Shown piece after piece: positions 1 through 8,258 of a stretch of DNA of 64,000 nt (position 1 is the first letter of the stretch; each line of letters begins with the position of its first letter). The DNA comes from Lepidodermella squamata. Its lineage: Eukaryota; Animalia; Gastrotricha. The stretch is taken from the NCBI GenBank assembly GCA_047495785.1, contig JBLDXI010000065.1:105326-169325 (forward strand), read 5' to 3'. The translations under genes and the position numbers were made by a program. The notes under the pieces are model-generated. The model did no database searches, was not told the DNA's origin, and saw nothing but the letters and a program-made list of their open reading frames with translations.

Positions 1-738
1 ACTGAAGAGGCGAAGGAATCAGTGGAGAACATAGTTTTGAAGAGACATAACTTCCCCACAGCTAAAGAGATTGAAGAGGCTGGGGCTGATCCCGCGCATA
101 TTATTGTATCTCTTTCGCACTATAATAAAAATGTTTTGGGCTCCCAATTAGCTCAACTCACTAAAAAAGGATACAAAGACTCTCCACAGTATCAATCGAT
201 TCAAAATGATATACAAATTTTGAAAAACTTCAAGAACTCGTTGCTTGAGACTTTTGAGAATCAACGGGTGCTACTTGAGAAATCTGGTACAGGTATATCC
301 AACAATTATTTAAAAATTGGTAGGTTTTACGCCAGAAAAGACGACATAAAGCGAGGGGTTTTAAGGATTCGCAAGAAGAATAAAGGTAAAGTGCAAGGTT
401 TAGCCGATATAGACATAAGTGATGGTGTCAAACAATTGCTCTTGAAAAGGTACAATCCGAAGGTGAACTTTTCTAAGCAAGACTACGATCAATATCAAAA
501 AATTTGTGAACTGACTGGATATCGACCCAAACCCCATTCTAAAATCTGGAACAGAATTTACGTAACTGATGTTGTTGATGCCCAAAAGAGGCTTGTAAAC
601 GCGATTGGTGAAATCAGAGCGGGAAACAATAACGCTGAAATATATAACGAAGTTGTGAGCATTGCAGATTTTCTTTTGAAGAACAATAGATTGACCAAAG
701 CTGAATACGAAAATCTAATAACAATGGTAAATGGGTGA
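1..738 (+). CDS. Conserved Polinton-type hypothetical protein, 5'-partial (frame open from base 1)
   Basis: C-terminal RLVNAIGEIRAGNNNAEIYNEVVSIADFL resembles the RL..L.G...AGN.....E...I motif I recall from Polinton proteins; internal KSGTG|I adenain-type site. Confidence 0.6.
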   Translation, partial: TEEAKESVENIVLKRHNFPTAKEIEEAGADPAHIIVSLSHYNKNVLGSQLAQLTKKGYKDSPQYQSIQNDIQILKNFKNSLLETFENQRVLLEKSGTGISNNYLKIGRFYARKDDIKRGVLRIRKKNKGKVQGLADIDISDGVKQLLLKRYNPKVNFSKQDYDQYQKICELTGYRPKPHSKIWNRIYVTDVVDAQKRLVNAIGEIRAGNNNAEIYNEVVSIADFLLKNNRLTKAEYENLITMVNG

Positions 739-1471
739 TCCAATATTTCTGCCTTTGGAATATTACTGCAATAACAGGTCGGACGCCAGCAACGTCATCG
801 ATCGTTACCTGAATGATAAGATCGATTTCACAAAGCGCAGCATCGCCGTTTCCTACATTCACTTTTACGATGTTTTTTATAATGTATCACATGCTTCAGG
901 TAATAGTAAGCTCAGATATAAAGATCCAGAAGACAAAACTTTTGAAATACGATTTCCTGATGGAACCTTCACTTTTCGTGATTATAACAATTATATTCAC
1001 TTTGTTATGAAGGGAAACGGCCATTTCAAGACCATCGACGGCTCAGAAGTTTACGGCATAAGCTTGTCTGTCAATACTGTTCTGAATAAACTGAGCTTTC
1101 GAATTCAACCAGGTTACGCTCTTCTGATCGAGCATGATGCTACGTCTGAATTTCTAGGTGTAGACAAAGGCGAATTCCGGGCAGATTTTAATGGGCAGCA
1201 TATTCCTAACATCACGATGTCAAATGACTCGATGTTTGTTCACTGTAACGTCGTCAATAATAGCCTAGTCCCGGAGGTTAGTGATGTCATCTTCACCTGT
1301 CCGATTAACAAAAATTTCGGTCAACACGTTAACATTGTTCCAAATGAGAAACGCTACTTGTCCTGTACGAATGCTAATACACAAAACATAAAAATAACGC
1401 TCACCACCCAGGCTGGTGCACCACTGGAGATGACTGAAAGAAAATGGGGTATTGGTCTTGATATTCGCTAG
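731..1471 (+). CDS. Minor capsid protein (penton, single jelly-roll)
   Basis: 246 aa, beta-rich; FYNVS...FPDGTF, MFVHCNVVNNS, NIKITLTTQAG pattern typical of Polinton pentons; upstream of the major capsid gene. Confidence 0.75.
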   Translation: MGDPIFLPLEYYCNNRSDASNVIDRYLNDKIDFTKRSIAVSYIHFYDVFYNVSHASGNSKLRYKDPEDKTFEIRFPDGTFTFRDYNNYIHFVMKGNGHFKTIDGSEVYGISLSVNTVLNKLSFRIQPGYALLIEHDATSEFLGVDKGEFRADFNGQHIPNITMSNDSMFVHCNVVNNSLVPEVSDVIFTCPINKNFGQHVNIVPNEKRYLSCTNANTQNIKITLTTQAGAPLEMTERKWGIGLDIR

Positions 1472-1494
1472 CTTTTTCTAGTTACTTTGTTATA

Positions 1495-1794
1495 ATGAAA
1501 AATCGCAGAACAAAAGCATATGTCGTAGGACGCGGTTATGTAGACATCGCAAAAAATATGCTCGACAGATTTACCGGTCTCTTACCGGTTCAGACTTTGG
1601 CCAAATCAGCTCTATCAAAGGCAGCGGAAGTTGCCGGTGACAAAATAGGTGCCTATGCCGCGAACAAACTTGCAGACAAAGTGCTGCCGGCAAAACAAGC
1701 TGAGCGCTCTATCCACGCTATTGAGGAGCTAGAGAAGAAAATCAAAAGAGACATCGATAATTACACTGGAACTGGCTTTAAGCTGATACGCTAA
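1495..1794 (+). CDS. Small basic virion core protein (pVII/pX-like)
   Basis: 99 aa, basic N-terminus, VVGRG|Y and YTGTG|F adenain-type sites, Ala/Lys helix; lies between penton and capsid genes. Confidence 0.6.
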   Translation: MKNRRTKAYVVGRGYVDIAKNMLDRFTGLLPVQTLAKSALSKAAEVAGDKIGAYAANKLADKVLPAKQAERSIHAIEELEKKIKRDIDNYTGTGFKLIR

Positions 1795-1813
1795 ATATCT
1801 AATGCCTATTTAA

Positions 1814-3187
1814 ATGCTTCAATCCGAAATAGTGAACTGTCTCTTTGAGAGTCCGACCATAGATGATCGGCAGTTCGAAAGGAAAAGCTGGGCCGAGGTT
1901 TGTGCAACAAGTTTTATACAGGATCAGCCCTCTCAGCCTTCTCGCCTTATCTTTTCTACATATAACTTGCGTGAGTTGTTTTTATTGCCGAGGGAAGCCT
2001 ATATTCAATTGAGTGTTGAGTTCCGGCGAAACGATAGTCAGGCTTTCAAAGCAACCGACAAGTACGCAATTAGGAACCATGTTATATCCATGTTTGAAAC
2101 AGTTGAAGTGCAAGTAGGTGATAATGATAACCAGGTAGAGCAAACACGTTATAACGAACACTGGAGCTCGTTGCTGGGCGTTATTCACTGGTCGGATGAC
2201 TACGCGCGAAGTCTTGGGGAAGAATCTCTTTTCGCCAGAGACTACCCAGCCCATGTCAATTATGAAATGACTCCTGAAGTTACAGCAGAAAGTTTCGATC
2301 CTGCGAAGAACAGCTGCAACGAGGGACTACTCTTGAGATCCTTGTATGTTAAAGATCATAAGATGGTTGTCACACTTTACTTAAGGGACATTCCTTTCTT
2401 CCAAAATTATTTTGGGATGTGGACCAAGGCGAGATTTCGAGTGATATTAACACCAAATTACACCAAACCCATAGTCGCAGCCATAGGGAAAAACGATGAT
2501 TTGCCGGAAGGGATGCATTTCCAGATTTCTTCAGCTTATATGTTTATTCCGGAAGTCACATTGATGCCTGAAACTAGAGCACGCATTTTGAAAGCTTTCA
2601 ATACGGGTCTCACGAAAGTTTACAAATGGCAATCGCTAGAATGCTTTCAGAGCCCCCAGTTTGCTGTGAATAGTTCTTCAGTACAATGGACAATCACATC
2701 TGAGATGAAAAAACCAAGCTGGCTGTATATTGTATTCTTGCAAGACTTCTCAGACGCAGAGTATCAAACTAAACTGACACAAATTTACACTCAATGGAAT
2801 ATATTCAGCTACTCTCTCATGATAAACAATAAGGAGGCGTTTGCCGAGGCCAACATGAACTTTTCACGCTTCAACGCTCACCGGCTCTATAACTATATTA
2901 AGGAAAACATGAACCATTTCAACGATCGCGAAAGCACGAACACTGGTAGTCAGCTTAGTTACCTTGATTTTTGTCGATTTTACCGTTTCCTGGCATTCAA
3001 TCTGGAAAGTGTAGATGCCGGTGCTATATATAATTCACGCGGTGACCAAAGCGTGAGTGTCACATTTAAAGCTAGAATCAGTCCTGTCGATAAGCCATTA
3101 GTTATGTTTTGTTTCATTTTTAGGGAAAAAGAAATAGGCTTCAACTACAAAGACGATAAGCTCGAGATAAGCCTTAACATGCTGTGA
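1814..3187 (+). CDS. Major capsid protein (double jelly-roll, hexon-like)
   Basis: 457 aa; LLPREAYIQLSVEF, SMFETVEVQVG, KPSWLYIVF, FLAFNLE beta-strand pattern and size match Polinton major capsid proteins. Confidence 0.8.
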   Translation: MLQSEIVNCLFESPTIDDRQFERKSWAEVCATSFIQDQPSQPSRLIFSTYNLRELFLLPREAYIQLSVEFRRNDSQAFKATDKYAIRNHVISMFETVEVQVGDNDNQVEQTRYNEHWSSLLGVIHWSDDYARSLGEESLFARDYPAHVNYEMTPEVTAESFDPAKNSCNEGLLLRSLYVKDHKMVVTLYLRDIPFFQNYFGMWTKARFRVILTPNYTKPIVAAIGKNDDLPEGMHFQISSAYMFIPEVTLMPETRARILKAFNTGLTKVYKWQSLECFQSPQFAVNSSSVQWTITSEMKKPSWLYIVFLQDFSDAEYQTKLTQIYTQWNIFSYSLMINNKEAFAEANMNFSRFNAHRLYNYIKENMNHFNDRESTNTGSQLSYLDFCRFYRFLAFNLESVDAGAIYNSRGDQSVSVTFKARISPVDKPLVMFCFIFREKEIGFNYKDDKLEISLNML

Positions 3188-3208
3188 ATTTTCTAACTTA
3201 GAATAATA

Positions 3209-3787
3209 ATGACTAAATACATTCCATTCGACATTAAACTAACAGAGACCCAGAGAAGAGCATTTCAAAAACCAGGCCAAGTTGTATTGCGTTTCACAAT
3301 TGATCAGCTTCTTGCAGATCCAAATGGTTCCAAGTTGTTGTTGACGCAAAGGCAGATAGATAAAGTAATGAAGAGCAAACAAAGGATGAAAGGGCTTGAT
3401 ATTAAACTGAGCAAAACTCAGCTCCGGAAGAATCAGTCTGGCGGGTTCCTGTTACCAGCGCTTGCCACAGCTTCTAAATTTATAGCCCCTGTAGCCGTTG
3501 CAGCGCTGAGCGGCCTTGCCAGTTCCCTCGCCAGTACAGCAGCTGACAAGATCGTAGGCAAAGGCGTGTCGCTGACAATACCAAAAGAGGATTTAGATGA
3601 ACTGCAAAAGGCGGTTTCGCTTCTGGAGTCCCGACAAATTGTGCCTGCTGGCAGTAGCAAGGCAATTAAAAGCCACATAGAGCAACAGGGTGGAGCTTTT
3701 ATATTGCCGCTTGTATCAAGCTTACTGGGTGCATTTCTTCCGACCTTATTCGGAAAAGGGGTTTACATGCCGTGGGAAAAAAACTGA
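3209..3787 (+). CDS. Protease-processed virion protein with amphipathic segments (pVI/pX-like)
   Basis: QSGG|FLLPAL, IVGKG|V, QQGG|AFILPL and LFGKG|V adenain-type sites, each followed by a hydrophobic helix. Confidence 0.65.
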   Translation: MTKYIPFDIKLTETQRRAFQKPGQVVLRFTIDQLLADPNGSKLLLTQRQIDKVMKSKQRMKGLDIKLSKTQLRKNQSGGFLLPALATASKFIAPVAVAALSGLASSLASTAADKIVGKGVSLTIPKEDLDELQKAVSLLESRQIVPAGSSKAIKSHIEQQGGAFILPLVSSLLGAFLPTLFGKGVYMPWEKN

Positions 3788-4230
3788 AAAATCGCGGGTT
3801 TTATCCTCTATCCAATCTTGAGATAACCGAAGCTTTAAAGAGGCTTCTCGGAAACGACTTCAAGGGCTGTTACGCTCGGGACGACCTTCCTGCTACACTT
3901 CAACGAGGATATTACGTCATTAACCTGGACGATAAAGTTAACCGCGGAAGTCATTGGGTCTCAATGGCTGTGAAGTCGACTGAAATAATCTACTTCGATA
4001 GCTTCGGGTTTATATGCCCTAATGAGATCATTCAGCGTCGTGGAAAACGAGTAATTTGGTATTCCACACACGATATACAGCATCCTGGCTCTGTTGCATG
4101 TGGCTTCTATGCCATTTACTTTCTAAGAGAACTAGCTAAAGGTAGGGATAAGTTAGCTATTTTGCTGGACTTCAATAACACTGGGTCGCCGCACAATGAT
4201 GACTTACTGAAAAATCTATTGTTAAGCTAG
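3772..4230 (+). CDS. Adenain-like cysteine maturation protease; no usable AUG, probably reached by -1 frameshift
   Basis: NLD...GSHWV (His), YFDSFG (Asp), IQHPGSVACG (Gln/Cys); first ATG lies after the catalytic His. Confidence 0.9.
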   Translation: MGKKLKNRGFYPLSNLEITEALKRLLGNDFKGCYARDDLPATLQRGYYVINLDDKVNRGSHWVSMAVKSTEIIYFDSFGFICPNEIIQRRGKRVIWYSTHDIQHPGSVACGFYAIYFLRELAKGRDKLAILLDFNNTGSPHNDDLLKNLLLS

Positions 4231-4232
4231 AT

Positions 4233-4412
4233 ATGTATTGCCTGCATTGTAGGAAAAACACTAATACAGTGAATGAGCAGCAATTAGCAACTCGTAATAA
4301 CAGAGCGATCAGGACAGGATCTTGTACACTCTGCGGTATGACAAAGTATAAATTCATAAGAGTGTTAAAGAGAAATGCCATCGTAGATAAAAAGGATGCA
4401 AGCGTCCGTTGA
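4233..4412 (+). CDS. Small C4 zinc-finger protein (DUF5679-like), 59 aa, below the ORF-track cutoff
   Basis: Manual translation MYCLHCRKNT...IRTGSCTLCGMTKYKFI; TCTA motif 14 nt upstream. Confidence 0.7.
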   Translation: MYCLHCRKNTNTVNEQQLATRNNRAIRTGSCTLCGMTKYKFIRVLKRNAIVDKKDASVR

Positions 4413-4902
4413 AGATGAATTGAAGAAACTGATAGATATATTTGAGAATTCCAAATCAGTGAGAAAGACATTTTCTACTATGCCTTACGTGTATTGCGAT
4501 GCGTGTGCCACAGAACTTTTGCTTGACGAAAGGGCGAATTTCAACGTATGCCCAAACTGCGGTTTATGCTATCCATACTGTGAGCACTCCCCGCCATTCA
4601 AATTAGTACCTTACAAACGAAAATGGCATTTAATGACTGTAATTAAAAAGCGCGGTATAGAAATGCTACCTCCTCAACTTGAGAGGTTGATGTCGAGCTT
4701 TATTAAGTTTGACTTGGGCTATGCAGAACTCTTTCCCGATCAAAATATGATGCACCTTGACTTTGTTATCAAAGCTCTGGCTCAGGAACATGGCTACGAC
4801 CTTGTGGCACAGAGCGTACACGTGAAATCGGTTAACGATAAGACGCTGAGGCAATGGCGGAATAAGTATAATCTAGTCATCGCTCATTATGAGATCGAAT
4901 GA
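4396..4902 (+). CDS. Zn-ribbon protein resembling the viral late transcription factor VLTF3
   Basis: CDAC...VCPNCG ribbon followed by YKRKWHL and a helical domain (NMMHLDFVIKAL). Confidence 0.5.
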   Translation: MQASVEDELKKLIDIFENSKSVRKTFSTMPYVYCDACATELLLDERANFNVCPNCGLCYPYCEHSPPFKLVPYKRKWHLMTVIKKRGIEMLPPQLERLMSSFIKFDLGYAELFPDQNMMHLDFVIKALAQEHGYDLVAQSVHVKSVNDKTLRQWRNKYNLVIAHYEIE

Positions 4903-5548
4903 AATATTCATTCCTAGTGAATGGTTTGAAAATGCACGACAGGCAGCAATTTATTTGAGGGCAGACGGCAGTACTCCATTTGCGGCAAACCTAAACGCGA
5001 ATAGCTACTGCATCGAAAATTTGGGTGGTCCCGTTTTCGACAACGATGCTGTTAGTAAAAATTGGGTTGAGCGAAGTTGTTTAATGATTCAATCCGATCA
5101 GACTGTTGACTTTAAAAATGCTAGGCTCACGAACATCCATCCACCAATAAATCCAAACGATGGCGCGATTCGGGATTCCAGATTGATATGCTCTGGCAAG
5201 GTTTCTCTTTCGCGCGAGAATAAGCTAAGTTTTGATAACATGATTTCCGGAATGCCTGAAGTAAGCGATAGCTTAGTGTTTCGAGCGGACGTTACAGCCA
5301 GAGTGGAAATGTGGTTCCGGCTGGACGACAACAGAGCCACATCCTTCACTCTTGATTTCTTCAAAAACAACGGTAACTTGTTCTCGAAATACTTCAACTA
5401 TAACAATATTAATTTGGAGAGTAGCAATGAATACTGTTCCTTTATAGAGCAATTCCGATTGAATGATAGCTTAACGGTTATTGCAGCAGCTGACGAAAGC
5501 ATACAACTGTCATACATTTTGATTATTTCTAACCTAAAGAATACGTGA
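4889..5548 (+). CDS. Fiber/spike-like protein
   Basis: YLRADGS, two tail-fiber-type repeats (IENLGGPVFDNDAVSKNWV; LTNIHPPINPNDGA) and a beta-rich C-terminal head. Confidence 0.55.
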   Translation: MRSNEIFIPSEWFENARQAAIYLRADGSTPFAANLNANSYCIENLGGPVFDNDAVSKNWVERSCLMIQSDQTVDFKNARLTNIHPPINPNDGAIRDSRLICSGKVSLSRENKLSFDNMISGMPEVSDSLVFRADVTARVEMWFRLDDNRATSFTLDFFKNNGNLFSKYFNYNNINLESSNEYCSFIEQFRLNDSLTVIAAADESIQLSYILIISNLKNT

Positions 5549-6144
5549 TACATACATTCAGAATGAATGACAACCAGCTAAAAACAGTAGAAAGTATTTA
5601 CCCCACTGCCCCTAGACTACAAATGTCCTCTACTCAAGAGTTCAGGCTTGCTGAGCTCCGGCGCCTAAATGATGTTTTCAACACAGAAATATCGAAAAGA
5701 AAGAAGCTTTACAATAGGTATTCCCGTTTTTCGTCAATTTGCAAAGCTACTATTCATGGAATTACGGGCGGCACAACATCGCTTGCGATTGGTGGAATCG
5801 CACTGATGTCACTGGGCCTTCCCACAGGCCTACTTTTGGAAATCAGTGCAGCTTCGGGAGGTATGGTCATACTAGTTCTCAACCTGCTTGACTTGAAGTT
5901 CGAACGCAAAGCCGAAAAACATGAGCGAATAGCCACGCTTGCTATGTCGAAAGCCAACTCAATTGGCGACATGATCAAATCAGCCTTGGAAGATAACCAC
6001 ATTAGTGACACTGAGTATCAGGTAATCATGAGAGAAAACGAGAAATTCCATGATATGAAAAGGTTGCTCCAGAAGAGTTTAAATTGTGATCGCACGCAAA
6101 TATTTCTTGAGGAACTGAAAAAGCACGGTGTGAACGTCTCTTAA
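5545..6144 (+). CDS. Two-transmembrane protein (first ATG at 5563)
   Basis: Gly-rich hydrophobic hairpin followed by KAEKHERI...ALEDNHISDTEY helical tail. Confidence 0.6.
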   Translation: MIHTFRMNDNQLKTVESIYPTAPRLQMSSTQEFRLAELRRLNDVFNTEISKRKKLYNRYSRFSSICKATIHGITGGTTSLAIGGIALMSLGLPTGLLLEISAASGGMVILVLNLLDLKFERKAEKHERIATLAMSKANSIGDMIKSALEDNHISDTEYQVIMRENEKFHDMKRLLQKSLNCDRTQIFLEELKKHGVNVS

Positions 6145-6145
6145 G

Positions 6146-6400
6146 CTAGCGAAAAGGTGAGTAAAATTTCACACGTTTCTTTGGTGCTCTAACTGCTTTA
6201 GCATGATTGCCTTTGATGGTCGAAGGCTTTTTAATTCTATCCCTATTTACAAAATACCCTAGCAACGCGGCGATTACACTCAATGCAACAAAAATGCGTT
6301 GAAGCTGAGTGTTCGTCCTTAAGCAGTCGATCTGAAGTTCTCTAACAAGCACCTTTATATATGAGATTATTTCTTCTTGGGCACTCGAGTAAGTATTCAT
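6146..6400 (-). CDS. Hypothetical single-TM basic protein
   Basis: ATG start, IFVALSVIAALLGYFV hydrophobic segment, tightly packed with neighbours. Confidence 0.55.
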   Translation of the reverse strand: MNTYSSAQEEIISYIKVLVRELQIDCLRTNTQLQRIFVALSVIAALLGYFVNRDRIKKPSTIKGNHAKAVRAPKKRVKFYSPFR

Positions 6401-6418
6401 TAAGTATTAAAACGATTT

Positions 6419-6754
6419 TTATTTTTCTCGTCGCGCCCTCATTTCAGCTATGAATTTCTCTATATCTGACTTCATTTTCTGTCGCCGTTCAGACAGCTCA
6501 GCTTTGCGCCTCTGGCTCTGTAACTTACGGTCGTTATCTTCTTTTTCCCTTGCAATCAGCAAATCACTGTATTTCTGTTCAATGACAGCCTTCTCGTTCT
6601 CCAAAGTCTTAATACGGGTATTTGAGGACTGTCTCTTGAGCGAGGAATACTGATCGCTGATAATCTCAACTTCCTGCTTCAGTTTGTCAATATCTTGATC
6701 CTTCTCATCGACGATTTCATCGACCTCTGTGTATGAAAGAAATCCTTTCTCCAT
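6419..6754 (-). CDS. Hypothetical coiled-coil protein
   Basis: 111 aa, E/K/R-rich heptads, tightly packed. Confidence 0.6.
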   Translation of the reverse strand: MEKGFLSYTEVDEIVDEKDQDIDKLKQEVEIISDQYSSLKRQSSNTRIKTLENEKAVIEQKYSDLLIAREKEDNDRKLQSQRRKAELSERRQKMKSDIEKFIAEMRARREK

Positions 6755-6761
6755 GCTTATA

Positions 6762-7019
6762 TTATTTACCGAGAAATCTTCTTCTTAGCAGGTAAGCTTC
6801 CTTGCCGCCGACATGAGAGACATCCTTTGGAATCAGACTAACGTTGATGCCACCGCCCTTCAGCGATGAGACGCGTTGTTGTTTGCCTAAATGATAGTAA
6901 ATCGTGCCTCTGCTGAGTCCCACTTCAGCTGCGATTTTATCTACTGTCTTAGAGCTATTCTGATATTCATGGATTGCTTGGCTGATTTTGTCGGGATTTA
7001 TTACCTTGCGACGAAGCAT
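6762..7019 (-). CDS. Helix-turn-helix DNA-binding protein
   Basis: KTVDKIAAEVGLSRGTIYYHL HTH signature; likely ATG at 7019 (MLRRK). Confidence 0.7.
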   Translation of the reverse strand: MLRRKVINPDKISQAIHEYQNSSKTVDKIAAEVGLSRGTIYYHLGKQQRVSSLKGGGINVSLIPKDVSHVGGKEAYLLRRRFLGK

Positions 7020-7171
7020 CTTATATTTATTTGAGAAATTAAAATATTTCAATATTTAAATGTTCCATAGTTCAAATGTTCAAACTAAATAATGGATGTA
7101 ATCAGCCAATTTATATATTGAAACATTTTAACATTTATAAGTTGAAATGCGTTGCAGCTTTGATGGCGGCT

Positions 7172-7270
7172 TCATTTCGATTTCGATCCTGTTTTGCCAT
7201 GACCACTGGCGCCACTGTCCGTTTTTCCACTACCACCGCAACCACAGCCATCTTTGCCTTTCCCACTCAT
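7172..7270 (-). CDS. 32-aa Gly/Lys/Ser-rich micropeptide
   Basis: MSGKGKDGCGCGGSGKTDSGASGHGKTGSKSK*; GC-richer island in AT-rich flanks, same strand as the adjacent minus-strand genes. Confidence 0.35.
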   Translation of the reverse strand: MSGKGKDGCGCGGSGKTDSGASGHGKTGSKSK

Positions 7271-8258
7271 TGATAGTGAATATAAGCAGTTTTAGTAACA
7301 CTAACTACACAAACTTAATGAGAGGTTATTAGTTTCCTGTCAATTGAGTCACTCGCAGTGGAGTCGAGATCATTTCTTCCCTGCGCAAGGATGCTGGCAC
7401 TGCTTGTTGCAGGGTCCCGTGTAAGTTGGATGTTGAGGATTATGCATGTTAGCGTGAGTACCACAAGTTACGTTAGGTGGTTGCTGGCCAGGCATGGTGC
7501 ACGAATCAGGAAAAAAATGGCGTAAAATTGATGAAAGTTTAAGCTACTTCAGTACTTCCTCGCATTTTACGTCAACTGTGTTTCTGTTTAATTATTTAGC
7601 GGCTACCAACTTCGGCGCTTCGCAATTCTCTCTATTCCTATGCTTATTATCGAAAAAACAGGAGGTTGCTTAGCACCTAAATGACGCTTTGCTGCATTGC
7701 ATCATTCATGGCAAATCGCTTATTCATGGGAGTAGAGTGCCTGTATTGTAAAAATCGAGACTGTGATATCGCCTCTTCAAGTTGCTTTGGCTGTCCTTAT
7801 TGTGGAAAATTTTTCTCAGGAAACTAAACAGGTGGACAATTTTCATCTAACTCTTAGTATTCATCAATCTTATTTGAGTAGGATGAATCAGTACAATTTT
7901 AAGGAAGGCGGATGTTTTCCTCAACCCAATGAACTCGGCTGCCCATTTCCCCGTCCAATAGTTCAAGCACCACGCGACTTTGTTCCTTTTCCGCACGGTC
8001 CGCACGGTCCGCACGGTCCAATCAACCAGTCGCCATGGGGCATTGGTCATTGGAAGCGATGAGAGCGTCACTATACAAATACTAAACTTGTAACTTCAGT
8101 AAACAGTTCGTTGTAAAAATTATTAGTGCATATAAATAAATTGAAAACCGGCCGGGAGAAATTCGTAATTCGAGTTATCAGGTCATCTATATTCAGCTTA
8201 GTTGGAGTTCTAAGTTTCTGGGCAGGCCATCGGGCTAGTAGCGGTATTTCTTACTACT

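Larger units (their letters stand above)
714..5531 (+). promoter_or_regulatory. Recurring TCTA promoter motif before the plus-strand Polinton genes
   Basis: TCTA at 714, 1477, 1798, 3192, 4215, 4872 and 5528, each ending 12-14 nt before the starts at 731, 1495, 1814, 3209, 4233, 4889 and 5545 (GTG). Confidence 0.7.
1..8258 (+). mobile_element. Polinton/Maverick (adintovirus-like) element, right part; left part lies upstream of the window
   Basis: Compact intronless gene run with penton-like, capsid-like, adenain protease and G-x-G core proteins; ends in ACTACT (8253-8258), the reverse complement of the AGTAGT Polinton terminus, directly followed by 28S sequence. pPolB, integrase and ATPase are not in the window. 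Confidence 0.85.
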
